Below, piece after piece: positions 8,748-18,800 of a stretch of 64,000 nt of DNA; the stretch's first letter is position 1, and each line of letters begins with the position of its first letter. The stretch comes from a virus. A program made the translations under genes and the position numbers. Under the pieces are notes generated by a model, which had not been told where the DNA came from, searched no databases, and saw nothing but the letters and a program-made list of their open reading frames with translations. The stretch is taken from positions 1 through 64,000 of IMG/VR virus record IMGVR_UViG_3300005095_000128, one strand, 5' to 3'.

Positions 8748-11546
8748 CTAGCTCCTAAAGTACACGACGGTGTAGCTTGCAATCAAATCGCCATTGCGCA
8801 ACGAGAATGACGATTCGGTCACTAGGCCACCATTAAGGAAGTCGCCGGCAATCGGCACCGTACCGAGCTCCCCGCAATTCACACCCTCGTAGCGCAAGTA
8901 GCCGATCTGCTTGCGGGCATTAGCGGCATATTGCGCATACGGAGCACCGTCATCCATCGGTGGTACAGCAGGGATCGACGACGAACCGAAAGCGTAGTCT
9001 ATGACGTGTAGGTTATTGAGGCACCGCGATGCCTGCTCGTTGTCATCCGGGAACGGAGACACGATGGGGGTGTAGAGGTTGAGCCCAGGCACGGTAATCG
9101 ATTCGCTCCCAGCAGTGCCGCCAATCGGTACATCCTCCTCGTAGGTCGTAAGACCTTCACGCGGCGACGAGGTGGAACCGTAGCGACACTGCTCGCGCCC
9201 ACAATCCGTGCGCTGGGTGGCCGCGCAATCCGAGTGTTGCGGGCCATTGTCGGTGACCTCGCTAAACGTCTCTAGCTCGGTTAACGCAAGCCCCTGCAGC
9301 GACGAACCGATCTCGTTGAGCACGTCACGCGAATCGCTAGACACGTAGAATGGAACACCATTGGTACGGTATCCGGTGTGGAGCCATAGACCATTACCGA
9401 GCGGCAACCACTTCTCAACGACATCGTACTGGCCGACGTACTTGAACGTCAGGCCGCTAGCTGTGAAATGAATCGTGTCAACCTTGACGGTGCGCTTGGA
9501 GTGTCTTGCAACATACCCCTTCGGTGCCCACTCATAGGTTTCCACCTCGTATCGGTAGACGAACTCTTGATTGGAAAGTTGGTTGTAAATCGCCTCGTTA
9601 ATCGACGGATCCTCAGCAAGCGAAAGCACATTACGCCTAGTGATCGCCACACGTGTTGTGAGTGCATCAGGGCACGGCACGCCATCTCGCGCGATGTAAC
9701 TGTAAAAAATCTCCATGATTTCGACAGGAAACATACGCTTCTCGTACCCAACAATCGTAAATCCACCTGCCAAAATTGGCCGCCATACCTCGTATGCAGT
9801 TTCGTATGCCTCGTAAACCACCACACCACACTGCTTGCGAATAGTGTGCGTAACAATTTTGTGAGCAACGTCATAATCCTCGGGCAGAAGAAGATCGCCG
9901 GGAAGCGTCGCGAACCCAACATAGTGAATGCGCGTGCGCGTCACCTCGGTGAGCTCGTAGGTGTCAAGCTCACTCGGCTCCTTGCGATCAGAGGCGCATT
10001 CATCGGGCGGCTGCTCGGGCTCATTAGCCTCCGGCCACGGCCCGCCGGTAACGTGAACAGACCTCGGAAGGCGCACAAGCTGCTCGGCCCTCTCATTAGC
10101 CCGAGGATCCGTCGGAACGGCGGACTGGCGAGCATTGGTTGGCCACCCACCGATGATCCGCACACCCCACTCAGGGCTGACGAAAATAAATGGACGCGCC
10201 CATCCGATGAGGCGGTTGACGACCTCAGAGGCGGTCACCTCGTCGGCGCCGTGCCACATATCGAACGGCACGTAATCACCGAGGCCAGGAATCGTCGAGT
10301 CGATGTCGTAATCATCAACAACCTGCCCTAGCGCATCGCGAATCGACTCGAGCACTGTCGGACGCGATACGTGGCTACGCAAGCGGTTGAGGTCCTCGAG
10401 GCACACGTAGCCGGAGGTGTCAATGATCTTGCGCACCGGATCTTCCGCATAAAGCGGCGTCACCGGCTTGCCAAGGAGCTCAGCAACGGTGATAGACCCG
10501 TCAATGGTGTACAAGCACTTCTCAGTGTCGTAGACCTTCTGCTGTACGATGAACTTGAATCGCCGTCCCCACAAGAAGATGGAAACGGTATCACCAACAC
10601 TGGCACTTGCCCACGGGTGGTCGGGCACCACAACGGCCGAGAATCGAATCGCACCTTCGGACGAACTCACACGCAAATCGACAAGCCCGTTGACCTCATC
10701 CGGCACGAACCATCCAGGTGTGCTCGATGAGGCGAGTACCGTATAATCGATGCCTAACGCTGCTTCGCTAGTAGCCGGAACAACGGTATACTTCGTGGAA
10801 ATCGCCGAGTAATACGTATCAGGAACAACCTCGTATGCAGCACGCAAGCGGAAGGTTTCCTGCACATCGTAGTCGACGACGAGCGATCGCGCCCACGCCG
10901 GAACCTCGTAAGAAATATCTAGCGGCGCAACCTTCCAAACCTTGTAATCGACGACTAGAGGATCAGAAACAGCATACTCAATGTCAATCGGCCCCGTCAC
11001 GGGCACGGCGTAATCGACCGCTAGTGGCCACCCGTTGCCAACGTCGTACTCGATCGTGAGGTTGCCAGAAACGAAGTAGGTGATAAAAAGTGGCGAAGCA
11101 TAAAGAACGTCGTAGCTAACCGCTAGCGGCTTGGCAACCTTGTAAGCAACCGTTAGCGGCGGTGGCACATTGTACTCAATGCGCAGCGGAGATGCGTACA
11201 GAACCTGGTAATCAACGTCTAGAATCGATGGAACGGAGTACTGGATGTGCAGCGACGGCGGAACGTTGTACTCGACCGTGATACACCACGCACCGGCCCA
11301 GTCAGCCGTTGGGGCACCAGAAGGGCCAGTTCCCCAGCCTTCACCCCATCCGGTTCCCCAGCCTACCGGTGCACACGGATCGACCGCCTGAGACCACGAG
11401 TTGCCCCAATCGGAACCCCAGTTGCCACTCGGAGTCGTGCTACCGTCCGAGCTCCAGGCATTACCCCAATCGTTTCCCCATCCAGACGGAGTAGTCGCGT
11501 CACATGGGGAGGGGGGTGGATACGATGGTGGTGTACACGCCGGCAT
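8748..11546 (-). CDS. Tail tip/baseplate hub-like protein with N-terminal repeats
   Basis: 932 aa downstream of the tape measure. WGxxWG repeats, then many PLxVxYxV repeats, then a hub-like region. Confidence 0.6.
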   Translation of the reverse strand: MPACTPPSYPPPSPCDATTPSGWGNDWGNAWSSDGSTTPSGNWGSDWGNSWSQAVDPCAPVGWGTGWGEGWGTGPSGAPTADWAGAWCITVEYNVPPSLHIQYSVPSILDVDYQVLYASPLRIEYNVPPPLTVAYKVAKPLAVSYDVLYASPLFITYFVSGNLTIEYDVGNGWPLAVDYAVPVTGPIDIEYAVSDPLVVDYKVWKVAPLDISYEVPAWARSLVVDYDVQETFRLRAAYEVVPDTYYSAISTKYTVVPATSEAALGIDYTVLASSSTPGWFVPDEVNGLVDLRVSSSEGAIRFSAVVVPDHPWASASVGDTVSIFLWGRRFKFIVQQKVYDTEKCLYTIDGSITVAELLGKPVTPLYAEDPVRKIIDTSGYVCLEDLNRLRSHVSRPTVLESIRDALGQVVDDYDIDSTIPGLGDYVPFDMWHGADEVTASEVVNRLIGWARPFIFVSPEWGVRIIGGWPTNARQSAVPTDPRANERAEQLVRLPRSVHVTGGPWPEANEPEQPPDECASDRKEPSELDTYELTEVTRTRIHYVGFATLPGDLLLPEDYDVAHKIVTHTIRKQCGVVVYEAYETAYEVWRPILAGGFTIVGYEKRMFPVEIMEIFYSYIARDGVPCPDALTTRVAITRRNVLSLAEDPSINEAIYNQLSNQEFVYRYEVETYEWAPKGYVARHSKRTVKVDTIHFTASGLTFKYVGQYDVVEKWLPLGNGLWLHTGYRTNGVPFYVSSDSRDVLNEIGSSLQGLALTELETFSEVTDNGPQHSDCAATQRTDCGREQCRYGSTSSPREGLTTYEEDVPIGGTAGSESITVPGLNLYTPIVSPFPDDNEQASRCLNNLHVIDYAFGSSSIPAVPPMDDGAPYAQYAANARKQIGYLRYEGVNCGELGTVPIAGDFLNGGLVTESSFSLRNGDLIASYTVVYFRS

Positions 11547-11575
11547 TGACTAACATTCACCCCCCTTCCGCGCAT

Positions 11576-11986
11576 CTACTGTGGGAAAACTTCTATAGAC
11601 CCATTGATGACCACGCGCAAACGCTTTCCAGGACCCTCGTAGTCCATGTCGTAAGTGTATTCCACGCCACAATCTGGGCACCGACCATACATGCGGTACG
11701 GCACGAGCGTTGGATGGGGCGGCGTCACGTACACCTTGCGCGGCTTTCCGCAACTTTGGCAAACAAAATCCGCCTTGGCAAATTGCGGGATGAAGCCAAC
11801 GTTATAAGTCTTGCCACCAAGGTCTAAGCGTGGATAACCATCCTCAAACCATAGCCGCCCCACGTTGCGCTTGCCGCAATGCTCGCATCGGAACTTCGCC
11901 TCGGCCTCCTTGCCAGCCTCGGCGTAAAACGTAGCCCTAGTTCGCTTCCCGCAATGCTGACACGGTACGTAGGCACCAACCTGCAT
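11576..11986 (-). CDS. Multi-zinc-ribbon protein
   Basis: Four CxxCG motifs (CQHCG, CEHCG, CQSCG, CPDCG). Confidence 0.7.
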   Translation of the reverse strand: MQVGAYVPCQHCGKRTRATFYAEAGKEAEAKFRCEHCGKRNVGRLWFEDGYPRLDLGGKTYNVGFIPQFAKADFVCQSCGKPRKVYVTPPHPTLVPYRMYGRCPDCGVEYTYDMDYEGPGKRLRVVINGSIEVFPQ

Positions 11987-11988
11987 AC

Positions 11989-12387
11989 CTACACTGTACC
12001 AGCGGCGAGAAGCTGGAACTGGTGCGTGCCCACGCTACGCGCCGGATCAACGTTGATGTCAAGCCAGATCGGCGAAGACGCGCCAACGGCAAGAGCGCCA
12101 AGGTTTACGCCACCCTGGCCTGCCGTCTTTTGCGCCGCAGTATCTGGCGCCCCGCTACCGTTGTCGGGCGCGATAATCGCATCCTGATAACCATTGTCGG
12201 TCCCCACCTGGGCAATGTCCACGTTGACCGTGGTGAAATCGGTATCACCATCGTTGTAGACCCAAAACTTCTTCCAACTTCCAGTCACAACGGAATAGCG
12301 CTGCCCTTGCGGCAAAAGCGCATCCGCGGTCCAGGAAGTGATCACCGTTGCATTATCGGTGTCTCGCCAAGCAATGCTTGCAGGCAT
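11989..12387 (-). CDS. Minor tail protein (Ig-like)
   Basis: Position in the tail module; beta-sandwich-type sequence; GGGGGT SD. Confidence 0.55.
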   Translation of the reverse strand: MPASIAWRDTDNATVITSWTADALLPQGQRYSVVTGSWKKFWVYNDGDTDFTTVNVDIAQVGTDNGYQDAIIAPDNGSGAPDTAAQKTAGQGGVNLGALAVGASSPIWLDINVDPARSVGTHQFQLLAAGTV

Positions 12388-12401
12388 ATCTCATACCCCC
12401 T

Positions 12402-12830
12402 TTACACCGTCACGAGCGTCATGTCGTAGCGCCAGTAGCGCGTATCCACTCCGGCACGAACTAGCGATAGCGGATTCCCGCCACCCTCGTAATAGAATCG
12501 AAAGTTCTGGTTCGAGAACTGAGGAATCGTGATGTTCGTCGTGATCTGAAACGTGCTACCATTCTCAAACCACTCCCACAGTTTCTGGGCCGTAGTCGCG
12601 TCCACCCACCCGGCATTGCGCCCAGATGCAAAGCGAACGATGTAAATGTCAGGTAGAGTAGACGGATCACTCGTCGGGCACACCCCATCGGTGCCAAACC
12701 AAAGCTGGCCGTTCGGTGATTTGTAGATACGGTGCAACTTACGCACATCCGCCGTGGGCGGCGGGGGCAGGTCGAGCGGGCTCGTCAACCCTGGCCCATT
12801 GATGATGAAAGTGTTCGGAATCGCGCTCAC
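12402..12830 (-). CDS. Putative distal tail protein
   Basis: Immediately follows the tape measure; size and position typical of Dit. Confidence 0.5.
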   Translation of the reverse strand: MSAIPNTFIINGPGLTSPLDLPPPPTADVRKLHRIYKSPNGQLWFGTDGVCPTSDPSTLPDIYIVRFASGRNAGWVDATTAQKLWEWFENGSTFQITTNITIPQFSNQNFRFYYEGGGNPLSLVRAGVDTRYWRYDMTLVTV

Positions 12831-12843
12831 TCAACCCACCCCC

Positions 12844-15800
12844 TTAGCACGCTGCCCCAGCGGCTTGGATTTGCCCGAGAGCCTCGCGCCGCTTGAGCTC
12901 GTTGCGAATCGCATCCATGACTTGCGGCATCACCGCTTGTGCGATCGCGTCTAGCTCAGGCGACTCGCAGATCTGACCGTTGAAGTTCACAATGGGCTCC
13001 ACTTTGATAGCGCTAATCGCCGCCGCAATCTGAGCACCGACTGCATCGGCGATGGCCTGAGCGTTGGTGACCTCGATTTTGGCCACAGACTCACGCGCAG
13101 CTTGCGTAGCCTCCGGCTGTACCTGCACCTCGGGTGCCTTGATCTGCACCGATTCGAGTCGCGCAATGGCTTGTAGAATCCGCGCTACGCTCTCTTCGAC
13201 GGCGGCTGCAAAGTTGGCAAATGCGCTCGCGACGCTAGCAACCGATTCCGCCAAGGCACTACTCGCACGTTCCGGGAACAACGTTCTGATTGCACTTGTC
13301 GCACGCTCGGCAGCATCAATGAGCGGCCCAATCGCATCGCCGATGCGAGCCATGTTGGCAGCAAATTGGTCGATCTGCTCACTCGATAGCCTGGATACCT
13401 GAGCAATCGCTCCGAAGAGTGTAGATAGCGTAGCGATAGCAACCCGCACCCGCTCGACGGACGTGCCGCTCTCGCGCAAGCGCTTGTCAAATTCGGCAAA
13501 TGCATTCACCACCACCGCAAGAGAAGCACGTAGCGCGTCGCCAAAACCAGAAATACCGCTACGCCCTATCTCGGAGAATTGGCGCACGCCATTGGCGAAC
13601 TCGGAGAGCTTGCCGAGCGCAGCCACTACGTCGGCGGCCATGCGCAATGCGCCACTACCAACATCGCGTGCGACATCGGATACGGCGCCGACAAGCCCGC
13701 GCAATGCGGTGCGGAAGCTCGCAACGAAGTCGTCAATTTGTCGCGTACTTAGCTTCATTACACTACGCACGCCGCCGGCAAATGCATTGAACGCATCGAG
13801 CATGCGGGTCATGTCCTGCACGATGCTAGCCGCGCCATCACCGAGTGCCTGCTTGGCGTCGCGCATCGCCTGAACCGCTTGCGTGAACACGCTACCAATC
13901 TTCTCGCCAAGCTCGCGCAAGCCACGCGCGTCAACGTTGCCAAGTTGCCGGATTGCTTGCGCGGCATTTGCAATCGCCGAAAGCGGGTCGGCGAGCGACT
14001 TGAGCACATCGAAGACCGCGCTCCCATACCGGCGCTGCAAGCGTGCAGCATACTCAGCAATGTAATCCATAGCACTTTCTGCAATCGATGCAAATTTCTT
14101 AGCTTCGTAATCGAGCTTGTCACCCTGCTCGTCTAGGGCATTCGCAAGCTGGTCAAGCAAATCTACGTCGAGGTACTGCCGGCCAAATAGGTCTTCGAGC
14201 TCGCGCCCAGCACGCACATAAGTGTCAATGGCGCGTTGCGCCTCCTCCGGGTCGATGAGGCTGCCAGCGCGAGCACGCTCGATCAAATCGCGGATGCGCT
14301 GGCTTGCACGTGCAAACTCACGCTCCGTGAGCGCAAGGACGCGGCGCACCTGATCGTACTCACGTTCGGTAATACCTAGCGCTGCACCAAATAGCGGCAT
14401 GCGACCGTACTGCTCGATGTAGGCGCGGAGCTTATCGAATGCGCCACGGCTATCGAGGATCGAGCGAATGGCTTCGCGAGCACGCGACGCGGCATCGCGC
14501 GACGCGGAGGCCATCTCCTGGAAACGCTCGGCAGCCTGCAACGCTTGATCGGCAAGCCTACGAGTGACGCCAAGGGCGTACTCAAGCGCCGGGCCAAGCT
14601 TGCGCTCGGCATCCTGAGCAGCGATGCGCAACTGATTCGCAAACTCACTTGCACCTTCGCCCATCTGCTCGAGCGCTTTGAGCGCACCCCTGGCCACGGA
14701 ACGCATGGCGTCAAGGCTCTGCACACGCTGAGCAGCGCTCGCAAGAGCGTAATTGAGATTCTCAACAGCCGATTGCGCTTCCTCTAGGCCGCGCGTAGTT
14801 GCGTCGAACGGACGACCGGCAACTCGAGCAAGGCGCTCGTGCATCGCAAGTAGATCGCCCATCGAACTTAACCACTCGTCGATTGCGCCGAGCGCCTGGT
14901 CGGCGAAGCCGCTCATGTCGGGAATCGCATCGGCAAGCTTGTTGAACAAGTCAACGATCGTGCCAAGCCCACGACCGGCAAATGCGGACATCGAAGCGTA
15001 ATCACGTGCAAGCCCGGTGATGCGCTCGGAAATTGTATCGAGCAGGCGCTTCTGCTCGTCGAGCAAGGAGCGCAACTGCTCCATGTCGCCAGTATCGACC
15101 GCAATGCGAATGCGACTACCAAGCGTGGCCAAGCGAGCCACAGCGTCGGCAACTTCCGCATTAAGGCCGCGTGCACGCAACGCAATGGCGGAAATTGCCT
15201 CGGCCTGGTTGAGTTGGAGTTCCTCGAGGCGGCGATTCAGGTCGTAGCGCTCACGCTCAAGGCGCACGAGCTCACGCTCGTCGCCAAGCTGGCGGGCTAT
15301 GTTCATGCGCTCGTCAATGGTGGCCAGCCGCGAAACCACATCGGCGAGGTCGCCGTAAACGCCACGACGGCGCATGTCCAGCGCTAGTTGCGCTTCGTAG
15401 ACATCGAGCTCCTCACGCGCCTGCCGCAGCGCACGACGCCGCGCCTCGTCGAGCCTGAGTTCAAGCTCGAGGCGGCGTTGCACGACCTCGTTTTGCGCCT
15501 TTGCGATGAGCTCCTCGCGCTTACGCGCATCGGCGATCTGGTCAGCGTAGCGCAAGATGACCTGCAAGTTGCGCTCAGCGGCGCGAAGCCTGGCGCGAGC
15601 AAGGTCAACGTCGACATTGAGCGTGATGTTGCCAATACGACGCCGCGTAGCTTCGGTCTCGGCCCGCAAACGCTCGAGGTCGATCTTCGCCTTCTCGGCG
15701 TTGATCGCGTACTCAGCGGCAACCGACCGCACCGCTCGCTCAGCTTCGGATACCGTCGTCGCAACGTAATCCTGATACTTGGCAAGCGCATCGGCAATGG

Positions 15801-18800
15801 CAGCGTCGATCTCCTTGATCTGACGACGCACCTCGTCAGCGACATTTGCCGGCAAATCACCGGTAGCAATGAGATTGGCGAGCACGACGCGCTGCTCCTT
15901 GAGCGCATCAAGCTCGGAGCGCATGTTGCGTAGCGCGTCGATCATCGGAGCAACGGCGCGGTAGGCGTTGCCGCGAATCTCCTCGGGGAGGTTCGCAATC
16001 TCGCCGAGGAGTCCAGGAAGCTCGCCAAGCCGCGCACCGAAGTCGCTTACGAGTTGCGACACGTCGCGCAACGCGCGTGCGGTATCGTCGAGGCCAAAGT
16101 CGAGCGTCAGGTTGCCAAGCTTCTCGATGGACTGCTTGGCGGCTTCAATGCTTTGCGACGCAATGTCAATGAGCTTTTGCTCGAGCTTGTCGAGCTCCTC
16201 GCGCAGGCGCTTCATCGCGCTAGCAGCTTCATCACCCGCCCCCATCAAGTCGACGAGTTGCACCGACAGGTAATCGATTGCCCGCGCAATGTCGCGCACG
16301 TCGCCGGATTCAGCCATCCGCCTAGCGACACCGGCGATGGCCTCGGCCATGCGGTTGTAAGTGGCAATGCGCTGTTCGATGCGGCGCTGCTCGACCTCGC
16401 GTTCCTTTTGCGCTAGCTCGTCGCGCAACTGGATCTCGCGAGTCGCGAGCTCCTCCTGAAGGTTGTAAAGCTCATACGCCGACTTCTTGCGCTCTTCGGC
16501 AATGAGCCTGTCGTAGTAGCGGTTAGTCTCGGCAATAAGGCGGTTGCGCCGCCGCTCGTCCGCCACCGAGCGCTCGATCTCGGCAAGCTCGCGCTCGCGT
16601 TGCAGGTTGAGGCGCTTAATGGTGAGATCGAGTTGCGCCTTATTCGACTCCTCGGCAACGCGAAGCCGCGTGCGCTGGAACTCAAGTTCCGCCTCGATAC
16701 GCTTCTTCGCGGCATCACGCTCGGCCTGGGCAAGCCGGAGGGCCTCCTCTTCGGGGGTGATTTGCCCGAGCGTGCGCTGGCGCCTGAGCAGGTCGCGCTG
16801 CTCGTTGAGTTGCGCCTCAAGCACCGCATTCATGCGGTCGAGGTGCTTGCGATAAAGGTCGAGCGCAAGTTGCCAGTTCTCGTCGATGAGGCGACGAATC
16901 TCGGAGTAGTGATCGAGGAAAAGCTGACGCTCCTTGCGCAAGCGATCCTCGATGAGTTGCTGCTCACGCTTGGCGTAGAGCGCCTGCAAGGCAGCGATCT
17001 CGGCCTGCTTTTGCTCCTCGAGCTTGATCGCCTCAGCGGTGCCAATGCCGTACCGCTTGATCTGCTCGTCGTAGCGCCGTTCGGTCTCGCGAATGGCGTT
17101 GTCGCGCTCGTAGCGGAGCTTTTCTAGCTCATCCTCGATACCACGCGCGATGATGTCATTAATCCGAGCCCAGTTGTCTTCGTAGAGCTTCTGGAACTCT
17201 TCCTGGAACCTGCGCTCGATGAGCAGGCGCTTCTTGGCAGCGTATTCGTGGATCGCCGCCAGCGCCTCGATGAGATCGCCACCCTTGAACTGATCGCGAG
17301 CCTGCTCCTCAAGCTTGGCGATCTCAGCCTCAAGCTCGGCAAACGGACGCCTAGTCTCAGGAAAGTTGAGCTCTATCTCGATGCTCGCCTGAGAATCGCG
17401 AATCTTCTGAATGAACTTGTCGAGCTCTTCAGCAGTGTCGCGAAGCGCCTCCTTGGTCTTCTTGAGACGGTTGATGAAGTTCTCAAGCTGGGCGCGATCC
17501 TCGGTGCGCGTACCCGCCTCCTCCATGCGCTTGATGAGGTCTTCGAGGTAGGCAATGTACCCGTCAACAACGGAAATCAACTGCTTGGAGGAAAGTAGCC
17601 CGCGCCGAGTTTGGTCGCTCACCGCTTGGCGAATGCTATCGATCTGGTCGAGAAGGGTGAGCATGCCCTTGACCTGGGCAAGTTGCGTGGCGTCGAGGTC
17701 GGGGAAGATCTCCATCATCGAGAGGCCCTGGCGCATCTTGGCAAGAGCCTGCTCGATGTCGATCCCCATTCCATCAAGAATCTTGACTACTTTGCCACGA
17801 ATCGCCTCGACCTGCTCGACAAATGCCTCATCGACCTTCGCGCCGGTAGCAGCATCCTCTAGCTTCTTGGCAAACTCGCCAAAGGTATCGACCACCGCAT
17901 TGAACTCGTCTTCGAGCGCCTTACTCCATTGCGGCCCGAAGAGGTCGATAATCTTCTGACGGTAGCGCTTTGCGTTCGCCTCGGCCTCGCCGCGGATCTT
18001 CTTGAGTTGCTCGTCGATCTGCTTGAGCTCGGCCTCAAGTTGCTTCCGTCCAACGATGGCAAAGCGTAGCTTGACCGAGATGAGGCTCCGCCGCGCGAGA
18101 AGCGCCCACTCACGAATCTTGTTGCTGGCAATGCGGATGCCGTAAGCGAGCGTCTCGAGCGCGAAAGCAATACCGGCGATCACCGAGCGGAAGAGCTTGA
18201 ATGCGCCAGTAGCCTCACCGACGGTGACCACGAGGCTAGCCAGAGCGCCAACGATATCGGTACCAGCTTTAATGATGGCGATGACAACACCAATGATCGA
18301 CTTGCCAAGCGAGCCAATGGCGGTGCGCGTCTTTTCGCTAACAAGTGCAAGGGCTAGCAACCAGCCAACGATGGGCACCTGCCGCACGATGATAAGCAGA
18401 CCACGAAGCAGGAACCCGATCACGTCGGAGAGGTATAGGATACCGTGCGCACCGAGCTTGGCAACCCGACCAAGCAGCGAGAGATTGCCATAGCTTGCGT
18501 AGGTAAGTTTGTTGAGCCGCTGCAAAGCACGACCAAGCAGCGTCGCACTATCTGCAAGGCGTAGAGCGGCCTCAGCGGCGTCATCAGCGCCACGGGTGAG
18601 GAAGCGATACGGCGACTGCTTGCCAAAGAACTGGAAGATGCGCATGCGGCGCATGAAGCGTGGAAGCATGGCGTCGAGCACTTGCAACCCGCTAAAGAAT
18701 GCGTAGGCGAGCGCCGTACCAGACTCGGTGCCGAGGCGCTTGACGCGGGCAATCATCGCCTCGCCGGCCCTATCGAGTACCTTGGTGACAGACGCCGGCG

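Noticed and set aside
5267-11546. Diversity-generating retroelement or invertible tail-fibre cassette
   Set aside because: No reverse transcriptase, recombinase or TR/VR duplicate is visible in the window.
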